Assembly (NCBI GenBank): GCA_965219455.1
Contig: OZ244744.1
Location: 3,136,001-3,200,000, forward strand
Direction: 5' to 3'
From: Candidatus Latescibacterota bacterium
GTDB taxonomy: Bacteria; Latescibacterota; UBA2968; GCA-2709665
Length of the DNA stretch: 64,000 nt
Within the stretch, counting starts at the first letter, position 1, and each line of letters begins with the position of its first letter. Made by a program: the position numbers and the translations under genes. This document shows positions 21,101-29,499 of the stretch, piece by piece. The notes beneath the pieces were generated by a model. It was not told the DNA's origin and made no database searches. It saw only the letters and a list, made by a program, of their open reading frames with translations.

Positions 21101-24100
21101 CCTTCCGGCGACCGTGTTCTCCGGGTTGTCGTCACTCGAACACCTCAACGTGAAACGCAACGATCTCCCCAGTCTCGACGCCGGCCTCTTCTCCGAACTG
21201 ACGGCGCTGACCTATCTCGACATTTCCAGCATCGATCTCACCTCCGTGCACGGCGACCTCTTCTCAGGGCTGACCGAGCTCGAGTTCCTCGACCTGAGCT
21301 ATAATAACAACCACCTCACCGAACTGCCGGTCACCGTTTTTTCCGATCAGACGAAACTCGGAACGCTGAGCCTGAGAACCAACGACATCTCCACCTTGCC
21401 GAAGGGTCTTCTTTCCGGGCTGACGGAACTAAGATCGCTGGACCTGAGACAAATGGACTTCTCAACACTGGGAGACAGCGTTTTTTCCGGTCTGACTGAA
21501 CTGACCAAACTCCAGCTCCAGTGGAATCCGGTGGACCCGCTGCCGATTACCGTTTCACTGGAATCGACAGGGACGGGCCAGTTCGTGGCTAAAGCGCACA
21601 CCGGAGCGCCCTTCGATATAGTCCTGCCGCTGCGGCTTTCCAACGGTGAGATCGACGGCGGCGAAGGGAGCATCACCATTCCCCAGGGCAGTGTCGAGAG
21701 CGGGGCCCTCTCCGTCTCCCGCACGGCCGGAACCAGGGCGGCGGTCACTGTCGATATCGGGGTGCTGCCGGCCGTCCCGGCGAGCGACAACGGGTACGAG
21801 TTGGTGCGGTCCGATGACCTGCCGCTGGTGGTCATCGACGCCGAATCCGGGGTGGAGATCTATCCCACGGAACTGACCATGGCGGAGGACGACAACGACA
21901 CCTACACGGTGGTGCTGACCATGCAGCCCACCGCCGACGTGACGATCACGGTGACCGTGCCGTCGGGCGCCGATGTCACGGCGAACTCGTCGCCGCTGAC
22001 CTTCACGACCGACAACTGGGATACGCCGCAGACCGTGACGGTGAGTACCAGCGCCGACAGCGACGACGACGAGGTCAACCTGAGCCACACGGTGAGCGGC
22101 GGCGGCTACCAGGGAGTCACCGCCGATGACGTGACGGTGAACGTCACCGAGACCGCGGTAACCGCCAACAGCCCGCCGTCCATCTTCCACAATTCCCTGA
22201 CCGTGGATGAGAACTTCACCGGGACCATTTCCATAGTGGGAACGGATCCGGATGACAGGGACTACATCACCGGGTACGAGATCACCGGAGGCCGCGACCG
22301 GGCGTTGTTCGAGATCTCCACCCGGGGCGGACGGGGCGAACTTTCCTTCGCCGATGTACCGGACTACGAACGCCCGGCCGGAAACAGCAACCGGAATGAG
22401 ATCGTAGTCTCCGTCACCAGCGGCATGGGCACCCGGGAACGGACCGGGCAGCAGCAGATCGCCATCAATGTCTCCGATGTGGACGAGCCTCCGGGCCGGC
22501 CGGCCGCGCCCGGATTGAGTCTCCCCGGCGGCTCTCCCACCATCGGGGTGAGCATGGGAGGCCGGATCCCGCCGGTGAATACCGGACCGGACATCAGTGG
22601 CTGGGGAATAGGATACCGCGAGAAGGACAGCGGCGACTTCATCACCTCCACGCACACCTCCTCGACCTTGGATGCGCGGATCGAGAATCTGACCAAAGGC
22701 GTTACCTACGAGGTGCGGGTGCAGGCGAAGAACGACGAAGGGGACAGCGAGTGGTCACCCTCGGCGGAGATCGAGATCCCCAACCAGCCGCCGGTCGCCG
22801 TCAGCTCCTTCGACGACCTCACGCTGGCGGTGGGAGGCGCCGTCGAGATCGTGTCCGCAGACGGGGTCTTCAGCAGCCAGGACGGCGACCTGCTGACGTA
22901 TTCGGCGTCGTCCGGCAATACGGCTGCCGCTACCGTTCAGCTGATCGGTACCAAGGTCCTCGTGGATCCCGGGTCGGCCGGCAGCGCGACCATCACCGTG
23001 ACCGCGAGCGATCCATACGGCGCGTCCGACTCGGAGACGTTCGACGTTACGGTGCAGACGCCGACTCTTTCGGCGCCCACACTGACCATCACCGGCAACC
23101 TCTTCACGCTGTCATTCACGGATGACTTCGCGGCCGAGGAAACCCGGGCCTACCATGTACGCATCCGCCAGAAGACGAATCATGGACCCTGGGCGACAGG
23201 GTGCCATACCGAGACCAATGACGAGGATTCCCAGCAGTCCATTTCGGTATCGCTGGAGGACGCGGTCTCCGATTTCTTCGAACCGGGCACCACGTATGAG
23301 GCGGACTACGGATACCTGGGGGCGGACTGCGACGGCAGCCTGACGGGTTCGCGGTCGGCGACCGGCGAGGTGACCACGTCCGGGACGGCATCCTTCGATA
23401 TCGACCTGGTTTTCGTCGGCAGCATCTCGTCGACAAACCGGTCCCATATCGAAGACGCCGCCGAGCGCTGGGAGGAGATCATCACCGGTGATCTTCCCAA
23501 CCATCAGTTAACCAGCAGGAATCGCGAGTACCTGAACCGGGGTTATCCAGGTACTACCGCCCCCGAGGTCGTGGACGATATCGTGATCTACGTGAGAACC
23601 GGTTACGTGTTGGGGCTCGCAGCGGCTACGTCCTTGTCGCACCGGACTCCCTCCTCCCTGCCGTTCGCATCCGAAATAGTACTCGGCACCAGCAACGTGA
23701 TCAATTACCTCGTCGCTCTGCACGAGATAGGCCACGCGCTGGGATTCGGAACCTATCCGTGGACAGCTCACAACCTGTTGAAGGACCCCTCCCGAGGACC
23801 ATTCTCAACCATCATCACTCCCTCTCCCGACACCTACTTCTCGGGCGCGAAGGCGGTTGCCGCCTTCGACGCGGCGGGCGGGTCGGGCCATACCGGCGCC
23901 AGGGTGCCTGTGGAGAACGGCTCCAGCACGCGGTACCGACCCAGCCTGGACAGCCACTGGCGGCAATCCGTCATGCAAAGCGAACTGATGACGCCAGGGT
24001 TTTCCGACCCCGGTCCGCTGAGCGCGATCACCATCCAGTCGATGGCCGACCTGGGCTACACCGTGGACGTCACCCAGGCCGACGCCTACACCCTGCCGTC

Positions 24101-24239
24101 CACTTCAAAGATCGCGATAGGACCTGAAGGGCAGATTCCGCTCAACTGTGTGATCGAGCACCCGGAGGTCGGACCCGATAAGTCCGAGCCCATCATCCTG
24201 AATCTCCGCAGGGTCAGGGAGAGTCAATCCCGGGAATGA
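15177..24239 (+). CDS. Giant surface protein B (~3000 aa): dockerin-like, cadherin/FN3 stalk, SwmB-like, ~14 LRRs, Calx-beta-like, C-terminal zinc metalloprotease
   Basis: Same stalk as gene A; 24-aa LxxLxL repeats (~20550-21530); HEIGHALG, DSHW and ELM motifs of leishmanolysin-like metzincins. True start uncertain because the 5' end is chimeric. Confidence 0.85.
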   Translation: MGRCRRDRGRRRRVQQPEMDLLTYTALSGNTAAASFHVIGVLCRSRISIGSFTLGAVGLICLFVFALPWSPSTQPSGFSVSLDLVGTVRLRTTAAFSDTEIWLVDAELARGGQTETISSAIGVALQVAAPPSPDFDGNGLVGFSDFVAFAGAFGAQRGDGKYVAKYDLNNDGSIGFDDLLIFAESFGDAVNRAPVFGVAPPVTRALAENTPAGQPIGDPVLATDADDDSLTYGLRGVHANRFSIGAGTGQLLTKEGIAYDHEASDTYSVTVRASDGKGGRATVGVDVAVTDVDEPPGAPPPGVAVTPRNSALLVSWNTPPPGVAVTPRNSALLVSWNTPPDEAGKPPVSGYEVTHRRGDTGDWQEALMLDSSADTSVTLTRLNNERTHQVRVRSFNDEGTGPWSQPVAGAPTAGPKVARGIPDQSLYTDGGNRRVNLSVAFTRPGRRPLIYGAASSDSTIAAVSVSDSIATLRPAAGGRVTITATASDLWGNAAQTTFNVVVTSGSPPPPRPPPVPTGPGGPSRPPQPPPPPPPPQNNRPPTFDDGSNTSRTVAENTPARRPIQHPVNATDPDGHRVTYNLSGPGSASFAVDTGSGQLRTLSGITYDFEDNDRYSVELDASDPYGESTTIGVTIHVADVNEPPAIPVAPVVQPASTTSLTVTWEAPDNTGPDITDYDLQYRQSGSFLPHTHDGPGTSATIIELDINTRYEVQVRAANDEGTTLWSRSGFGSTSSNLPPVFDEGRSTTREVAENATGTTDLGVPLRADDPENTTVTYSLTRGDTESFGVDTNTGQLRTATGVDYDFETKNRYSVTVEGRDEQDGSATITVTINVIDDDTEEPETPDKPTVTGQTLSSLSIRWTAPANTGPAVNDYDVQYSEDGGAFTDWPHTGPGTTTTITSLTADTPYRVQVLARSPEGESSWSESADARTVANSAPTFNEGTSTTRSLAENSTGTNDLGNPLTARDTDGGTLSYGLEGTDRASFALDGAQLQTLSGETYDFEAKPRYDVIVRVEDGQGGSNTIAVRINLTDQQEKPGTPDAPDVTAASSTSLEVTWDEPANTGPAINDYDVQYRQGDRGGFRSWTHNSAESSATITALVPDSSYQVQVLARSPEGTSEWSESGTGSTDSNQLPTFADGSSATRTLAENTTGTQNIGDPVSATDAEMTTLTYALEGTHADSFSIDTRSGQLKTRSGRTYDFEALSRYSVNVKATDGHGGEGSIPVSIDLTDLNEAPVFTGEPTLEAAENQSFAGSVSADDFDQGDAITDYTLTGGSDRGRLEISNTGALTFRDDPDFESPVDAGSNNSYVVEVTVTGGSGGRALTAAQTVTVNVTDENEPPHFTSVDTFMVVENVLRAGRLAAQDVDRDDGITGYAVSGGADSDDFEIKNTSELHFRDDPDFERPADAGGDNEYTVQVEVTGGADTRALAATQTITVAIDDEDEPPGKPDPPVVSDTTESSLTVRWDEPDNDGPDITNYFLQYRDSGAFTISSDSTSTRTRTISSLRAGRSYQFQVQAKNDEGKGPWSNTGSGTTLTAPTVSSVAFTSTPASGQNNTYKLKDTLDVTVTFSEAVTATGAPQVDLTIGSTPRQADYESGSTTTQLLFEYAVQVADEDDNGAAINENGLKLNSGRIFLLKNSVTVNADLAHSAVANQSRHKVDGVAPTPTKAEVDGTKLTLTYGETLVSNPKPANSDFAVTVDSETRSVTAVAVSNTKVTLTLASAVNTGETVALAYTPGTNPIRDRAWNPAGALSNLAVDNLRNVCNRTAQVRDEIMDEAGVSACGDVTADHLAAITSLSLIDESISTLKAGDFAGLTSLEELYLSDNSISSLSAGIFSGLSALEDLSLRQNNLSNLGANTFSGLTALSSLDLSFSHLGSFDANLFSGLTSLTHLDLLSARINSLPANGFSALTALDTLILQYNLLGDLAADEFSGLSTLEYLDLSNTRITSFPADVFSNLSGLKHLDLEYARLTSLPATVFSGLSSLEHLNVKRNDLPSLDAGLFSELTALTYLDISSIDLTSVHGDLFSGLTELEFLDLSYNNNHLTELPVTVFSDQTKLGTLSLRTNDISTLPKGLLSGLTELRSLDLRQMDFSTLGDSVFSGLTELTKLQLQWNPVDPLPITVSLESTGTGQFVAKAHTGAPFDIVLPLRLSNGEIDGGEGSITIPQGSVESGALSVSRTAGTRAAVTVDIGVLPAVPASDNGYELVRSDDLPLVVIDAESGVEIYPTELTMAEDDNDTYTVVLTMQPTADVTITVTVPSGADVTANSSPLTFTTDNWDTPQTVTVSTSADSDDDEVNLSHTVSGGGYQGVTADDVTVNVTETAVTANSPPSIFHNSLTVDENFTGTISIVGTDPDDRDYITGYEITGGRDRALFEISTRGGRGELSFADVPDYERPAGNSNRNEIVVSVTSGMGTRERTGQQQIAINVSDVDEPPGRPAAPGLSLPGGSPTIGVSMGGRIPPVNTGPDISGWGIGYREKDSGDFITSTHTSSTLDARIENLTKGVTYEVRVQAKNDEGDSEWSPSAEIEIPNQPPVAVSSFDDLTLAVGGAVEIVSADGVFSSQDGDLLTYSASSGNTAAATVQLIGTKVLVDPGSAGSATITVTASDPYGASDSETFDVTVQTPTLSAPTLTITGNLFTLSFTDDFAAEETRAYHVRIRQKTNHGPWATGCHTETNDEDSQQSISVSLEDAVSDFFEPGTTYEADYGYLGADCDGSLTGSRSATGEVTTSGTASFDIDLVFVGSISSTNRSHIEDAAERWEEIITGDLPNHQLTSRNREYLNRGYPGTTAPEVVDDIVIYVRTGYVLGLAAATSLSHRTPSSLPFASEIVLGTSNVINYLVALHEIGHALGFGTYPWTAHNLLKDPSRGPFSTIITPSPDTYFSGAKAVAAFDAAGGSGHTGARVPVENGSSTRYRPSLDSHWRQSVMQSELMTPGFSDPGPLSAITIQSMADLGYTVDVTQADAYTLPSTSKIAIGPEGQIPLNCVIEHPEVGPDKSEPIILNLRRVRESQSRE
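16069..16196 (+). repeat. Perfect 60-bp in-frame tandem duplication
   Basis: CGCCGCCCCCGGGCGTGGCGGTCACGCCGCGCAACAGCGCCCTGTTGGTAAGCTGGAACA x2, encoding PPPGVAVTPRNSALLVSWNT twice. Confidence 0.95.
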
Positions 24240-24250
24240 ACATCAGCTAT

Positions 24251-24351
24251 GATTCGCCAATATTCGTCGGCGGAGGCAACTGCCGATTGGTTGTTATTGG
24301 CGAATCGAGGTAAAAGCCTGCGCCTTTGGATTTTCTGCATCCAAAGGCGCA
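24251..24351. terminator. Two hairpins between convergent genes
   Basis: GATTCGCCAATA...TATTGGCGAATC (24251-24306) and TGCGCCTTTGGAT...ATCCAAAGGCGCA (24319-24351). Confidence 0.6.
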
Positions 24352-24424
24352 ATGATTCGATCGTGCTGAATTGTCCATGAATTCGGGAGTTCGAGAATAT
24401 CCAGGCTGAAACGAGTCAGGGTCT

Positions 24425-24967
24425 TTATCCGGCCTTATAGAAGAGTCTAATTAAGTCCCCATCGCCAAACAAAATGTCGAGAAGCGCCGCTGTCTCCGGG
24501 TCGATCTCGCCCGTACCCTCCCTCTGCCTGTAAATGTTCAGGTACCCCTCCTTGTTCAGGATGATCGTCAGGTCTTCGCCGTCCACAAAGTACTGCCACT
24601 GAATGGTTAACCCATCTTCGCCGACGATCGTGAGGATGTCGCCCTGTACCGACCAGACTCCCGAACTGCCGGAATTGTCTTCGTAGGTTCGGTCTTGATT
24701 AAATCGCACGATCGCCAGGCCGTTATCGCGGAAGCCTCTATCCAATTCATTCCTGTATTCAGCGACCATGGTTTGCGCGGCCGTCAGGTCCAGGCCCTGG
24801 CCCACCATGTAATTCTGCAGGTTTGTCGCTACCGTCGAACCATATTCGAAGCCCTGGTAAGTCCACGACCCAACCAGTTCGTGGACCGGCTCCGTGGGTT
24901 TGTCGTCACCACAGGACATCACGAAACCAATAAGGACCGCCAAGCCGAAAATTCCTTTATGTCCCAT
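24425..24967 (-). CDS. Lipoprotein, lipocalin-like beta-barrel (180 aa)
   Basis: ATG 24967, lipobox VMS-C, ELVGSW motif. Confidence 0.8.
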   Translation of the reverse strand: MGHKGIFGLAVLIGFVMSCGDDKPTEPVHELVGSWTYQGFEYGSTVATNLQNYMVGQGLDLTAAQTMVAEYRNELDRGFRDNGLAIVRFNQDRTYEDNSGSSGVWSVQGDILTIVGEDGLTIQWQYFVDGEDLTIILNKEGYLNIYRQREGTGEIDPETAALLDILFGDGDLIRLFYKAG

Positions 24968-25057
24968 TAAGAATTTCCTGTCTGATTGTGTAACCGACAT
25001 TGAAAGGCGCAACGGATTCGCGCCCGCACTTGCCAGGCGCACAATAATTTCCGCCCG

Positions 25058-25600
25058 CTATCCGGTCCTATAGAAGAGTCGTAGTGAGTCCCCGTCGCCG
25101 AACAAAATGTCGAGAAGCGTCGCTGTCTCCGGGTCGATCTCAACCGAACCCCCGGACTGCCTGACGATGTTCAGGTACCGCTCCTTGTTCAGAATGAGCG
25201 TCAGGTCTTCGCCGTCCACAAAGTACTGGCATTGAATCGTAAACCCGTCTTCCCCGGCCATCGTGAGGACGTTGCCCTGTACGGACCAGACTCCCGAATT
25301 GCCGGAATTATCTTCGTAGGTTCGGTCCTGATTTAATCGCACGATCTCCAGGCCCGTATCCCGGAAGCCGCTGTCCACCTCATTCCTGAATTCTGTGACC
25401 AGGCGCACCGCGGCCGTCAGGTCCAGGCCCTGATTCACCATGTAACTCTGCAGGTTTCTGGCTGCCGTGGCACTGAATTCGGATCTCTGGTAAACCCAGG
25501 ATCCAACCAGTTCGTGGACCGGCTCCGTGGGTTTGTCGTCACCACAGGATATCACGAAACCAACAAAGACCGCCAGGCCCAAAATTCCTGTACGTCCCAC
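25058..25600 (-). CDS. Lipoprotein, tandem paralog (180 aa)
   Basis: GTG 25600 with AGGAG RBS, lipobox VIS-C; 135/180 identical to its neighbour by hand count. Confidence 0.8.
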   Translation of the reverse strand: MGRTGILGLAVFVGFVISCGDDKPTEPVHELVGSWVYQRSEFSATAARNLQSYMVNQGLDLTAAVRLVTEFRNEVDSGFRDTGLEIVRLNQDRTYEDNSGNSGVWSVQGNVLTMAGEDGFTIQCQYFVDGEDLTLILNKERYLNIVRQSGGSVEIDPETATLLDILFGDGDSLRLFYRTG

Positions 25601-25692
25601 AAAATACTCCTGTCTGACTGTGTAACCGACGTTGCGAGGCGCTACGGATTTGCGCTTCGCCGGAGAAGGAGTAGTCGATTCAGTTGACGCCA

Positions 25693-27327
25693 TCAGAAAA
25701 GCGAAAACTCGATTTCCTTCGCCGTGATGAATTCCAGCAGCGCCGGCACGCCTTCCTCCGTCTTCCGGATTCCCCGCTTGATAGCGGGCACGATGTCGTC
25801 CGGGGATTCCACCCGTTCTCCGTAACCGCCGAATGCCTTCGCCATGTCCGCATAGTGCCCGGAAATATCCGTGCTGCGGTATTTTTCCGTGGAGACGGGC
25901 ATCACGGGTAGTTCGATGGCCATACTGAAATTGTTGAAGAGCACTGATAGAATCGGTATCCGCTCACGGACGGCCGTTTCAAAATCCATTCCTGTAAACC
26001 CGATGGCGGCGTCGCCCCATACGTTTATACAGAGCTTGTCCGGTCTGGCGAGCTTGGCGCCCATCGCAAGGCCCAGCCCGTAACCGAGTTGGGTCGTCTT
26101 TCCCCAGCCGATGTAGGAAAGCGGGGTTTGAGATTCCCAGAACGGAGAAAGCTGGTCCCGCGGGCTGCCGGCATCGTGGGTGATGATCGTATTGGGTACG
26201 TCCACCGTCCGCATCAGATCCCGAATTACCCGGTAAGGCGATAGCGGCGCCTCGTTCAGCGTCAGTTTCGGCATCCATTGCTCAAGCCACTCGCATTTGA
26301 CTGCGGCAATCTCCCGCGCCACCTGTTCCGACCGGCCTCGTGGCCGGCCGCCCAGCCGTTCTCGAATCTCCGCCGTCACGGCTTCCAGGATGAGCTTTGC
26401 ATCCCCCAGCAGGGCGTGCTCGACCTCCACGTCCTTATTGATGTCTCCCGCATCCAGTGTCGCATGGACAACCGCCTTACCCTCGGGGATTGATACCCCG
26501 AAATGGGTGCGCGAAAAACTGCATCCGATCCCGAAAATCAGATCCGTCTCCTGCAGGAAGTGGTGTACAGACTTAGGAATGGACCTGCCGCCGGAGCCCA
26601 GAGAAAGCGGATGGTTCTCCGGGAACGCGCTCTTCCCGCCGAGGCTGGTGGTCACCGGCGCTTCCAGAAGTTCCGCGAGATCCCGAAGGGACGCCCACGC
26701 CTCGGCGTAGTGGACACCCTGCCCCGCGTAAATTACGGGCCTCTGCGCGTTCAGCAACATCGTTGCCGCCACGGTAACCGCGTCCGGATCGGGACCGGCT
26801 CTCAATGCAGGAACGGGACGGTAGTCGAACGGTCCGGGGACCTCCTCGTCGAAAACGTCGGTTGGAAACTCTACCAGCACAGGAAGGGGGCGTCCGTTTC
26901 GAACCTGCGTAATTGCCCGCCGCATGACCTCCGGAACGGTCTCCGGAAGGATGACTTGCTCTGAAAGCTTTGTTACATGCCGGTAATTCAGCGCGGAGTT
27001 GAAATTCGGCTGCACATTGGTCAGCTTCCTGGAATAACCCATCGGTAGCACCAGGATCGGCGCCGAATCCCCATATGCCTGGGCGACTCCGCCAAATGCG
27101 TTCTCCGACCCCGGACCGCTCTGCATACAGAAGACGCCGATCTGCTTCCCGGACGTCATCCGGCTCAACGCGTCGGCCATATGAAGGCCAATCCGTTCCT
27201 GGCGGACGAGAATCGGCCGGATGTCCACCTTCGCCGCGGCCTCGATGAGCGGATTCACCGGATAAGCGAATAAATATTCCACGCCCTCTGCTTTCATGAT
27301 ATGGGCCACCACGTCTGCAACGTTCAT
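25693..27327 (-). CDS. Thiamine pyrophosphate-requiring enzyme (acetolactate synthase-like family)
   Basis: RQERIG catalytic Glu region, QSGPGSEN, GDAA...NN TPP-binding motif. Confidence 0.9.
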   Translation of the reverse strand: MNVADVVAHIMKAEGVEYLFAYPVNPLIEAAAKVDIRPILVRQERIGLHMADALSRMTSGKQIGVFCMQSGPGSENAFGGVAQAYGDSAPILVLPMGYSRKLTNVQPNFNSALNYRHVTKLSEQVILPETVPEVMRRAITQVRNGRPLPVLVEFPTDVFDEEVPGPFDYRPVPALRAGPDPDAVTVAATMLLNAQRPVIYAGQGVHYAEAWASLRDLAELLEAPVTTSLGGKSAFPENHPLSLGSGGRSIPKSVHHFLQETDLIFGIGCSFSRTHFGVSIPEGKAVVHATLDAGDINKDVEVEHALLGDAKLILEAVTAEIRERLGGRPRGRSEQVAREIAAVKCEWLEQWMPKLTLNEAPLSPYRVIRDLMRTVDVPNTIITHDAGSPRDQLSPFWESQTPLSYIGWGKTTQLGYGLGLAMGAKLARPDKLCINVWGDAAIGFTGMDFETAVRERIPILSVLFNNFSMAIELPVMPVSTEKYRSTDISGHYADMAKAFGGYGERVESPDDIVPAIKRGIRKTEEGVPALLEFITAKEIEFSLF

Positions 27328-27611
27328 AAGTATCTCCTCACTGTTACATTTATTAACGATAGAACCGGCACCGTTTTTTTCTTCTTCGTACTCTTTCGCT
27401 AAGAATCGGGTAGAGGGGAGACGGAAGACGTAAGAAGTGTTGGCAACTATTCCGGACGCCCCGGAATGGACTCACGTTGTGTTTAACGAGAAGTGGATTG
27501 CGGATGGGAGCGTGAGACCGGTGGTGTACGGTGTGGACTTCTTGCCTCTCCCCTCTTACGTCTAACCGCCTTTGAAAGAACCGTTCGCGTGATTGAAAAA
27601 ACCTGGTTTTC

Positions 27612-27770
27612 CTCCCCCTTTCCTTTAGGAGAGGGGGCCGGGGGGAGAGGTCCCCGGGAGCGAGGGCATCTTGCCCTCGCTGCGCCCCTTCTGCTCCTGC
27701 CGCTTTGCGGCGCTGACGTCAATTGATCGGTTTTTGATTCAAGCTGACTGCTGATGGCTGTTAGCTGTTT
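27612..27770. repeat. Composite repeat: CCCCCTCTCC-type palindrome + GGGAGCGAGGGCATCTTGCCCTCGC hairpin + heptamer run
   Basis: 27612-27650 is the exact reverse complement of 2602-2640; the downstream part resembles 5347-5445. Confidence 0.8.
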
Positions 27771-27821
27771 TTGCTGCTTCTCGACGGCCGAATTCAGGCG
27801 ACCTGTTTCCGGAACGGAACC

Positions 27822-29219
27822 CTATGGCATCTTTCCATGAAAAGCATCGCCGCCATCCTCCCAAGCTCCTCCGACCGGCCGCAGTTGCCCGCCGCCCGTA
27901 ACGGCCCGTTCGCGCCCGTCCTTTTCCGGGTCCGCCCAGGTCGAAAACCAATCCTCAAGCATCGCCCGCATCGCCATTATACGCGAGGTCTGATGAGCAT
28001 CGTTCACGAGATTCTCGCGTTCATCAGGATCGTTCACCAGGTCGTAGAGTTCGTTCGGTCCCTCCGCGTAGCGGTGAATAAACTTCCATTCCCCCGTCCT
28101 GACCATTCTGGTGGGGCCGTATTCGTCGTAAATCACCACGGATTCGCGGCCGGAGTCTCCAAGGCCGAGCAACGCGGGAAGGAAACTCCTTCCCGGCAGA
28201 TTCCGTCCCTCCGGAAGCGGGAGGTCCAGGTAATCCAGAAGCGTCGGCATAAAGTCATACGCGCTCACCATCGCGGGCTGTACGAACCCTCCCGGAATTC
28301 GTCCCGGATGGCTCATCACGGCCGGAACCTTGACGGAATTCTCGTACATGTTCAGGGGACGCGTGCCGTTCCCTTTGCCCCAGAATCCGTGGTGCCCGCA
28401 GCTGAACCCGTTATCGCTTACGAAGACGACCAGTGTCTGTTCCCGAATGCCGTGCGCCTCCAGCCTGTCCAGAATCCTTCCCACGTCGGCGTCCATTGCC
28501 GTCACGGCGGCGAAATATCCCTTCAACATTTCCCGGTTGCCCAGGCATTGATCCGTCAGTCCGATGGCCCACGGATGCCGGGCTTCCTGCGGACAGGACT
28601 CGAACGCGCAATCGTCGTAGGAATCCACCACCTTCCGCGGATGCCCCGTCCACGGACTGTGCGGCGCGGTGTAGTGCACGCCGAGGTAGAACGGATCATC
28701 GTTGTTCTCATGCCGGTCGATGAACGCCAGCGCGTCGTCCGTAATCACGTTGGTCACATATCCTGGCGCCGCAATCAGCCTGCCGTCCCGCACCATCGGC
28801 GCATCGTTGTATTTTCCGCCGCCTTGTTGGTGCACGAACCAGTGCTCGAACCCATGTTGCGAGATCTGGCTATTGCCCAGATGCCACTTGCCGCTGATAC
28901 CGCACGTCCATCCGTGTTCCGCCAGCACATCCGTGTATGCCACCTCTCCCGCCAGGTAGGAAGCCGCATCCGGCCCCACGTTTCCATTTCTGATCCAATC
29001 GTGGACGCCATGCTGTGAAGGCATGCGTCCCGTCAAGAACGACGCACGGCTGGGCGAACAGACCGGCGATGCCACGAAAAAGTTCTCGAACCGCACGCCG
29101 GTGTCCGCGATCCGGTCGATATTGGGCGTGCGGATTTCAGCATTGCCGTAACACCCCGCGGCCCATACACCCTGGTCATCCGTTAAAATAAACACGACGT
29201 TTGTCTTCCGGGAAGCCAA
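27822..29219 (-). CDS. Formylglycine-dependent sulfatase (choline-sulfatase-like)
   Basis: NVVFILTDD, CSPSRASFLTG (CxPxR), GKWHLG, SDNG; likely TTG start at 29219. Confidence 0.92.
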   Translation of the reverse strand: MASRKTNVVFILTDDQGVWAAGCYGNAEIRTPNIDRIADTGVRFENFFVASPVCSPSRASFLTGRMPSQHGVHDWIRNGNVGPDAASYLAGEVAYTDVLAEHGWTCGISGKWHLGNSQISQHGFEHWFVHQQGGGKYNDAPMVRDGRLIAAPGYVTNVITDDALAFIDRHENNDDPFYLGVHYTAPHSPWTGHPRKVVDSYDDCAFESCPQEARHPWAIGLTDQCLGNREMLKGYFAAVTAMDADVGRILDRLEAHGIREQTLVVFVSDNGFSCGHHGFWGKGNGTRPLNMYENSVKVPAVMSHPGRIPGGFVQPAMVSAYDFMPTLLDYLDLPLPEGRNLPGRSFLPALLGLGDSGRESVVIYDEYGPTRMVRTGEWKFIHRYAEGPNELYDLVNDPDERENLVNDAHQTSRIMAMRAMLEDWFSTWADPEKDGRERAVTGGGQLRPVGGAWEDGGDAFHGKMP

Positions 29220-29499
29220 TATACGCTCGCTTTCTCGAAGATTTACATCCGCGTGCGCCCTGTTTCCCGGGTGAAGAAGATAGGTACGGGCGCAGGGGTG
29301 CCGTAATCTAATGTGCCCGGCTGAAAAAATCAACGCGAATACCCTGCGCCCCCGTTTTTTGTCCTTGCCTTCCCCCGGTTCTGGCCGATATTCTAGTGCG
29401 TTGTCGAAGCGTTTTTGAACCCTCAATCAACGCATTCCGGGACAATCTACTCCTGCAAGGAGAAACAAGGTACATGGATAACACAATGGGAGAAACACA

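Noticed and set aside
8839-24239. Diversity-generating retroelement acting on the paralogs
   Set aside because: No reverse transcriptase; the differences are not adenine-specific.
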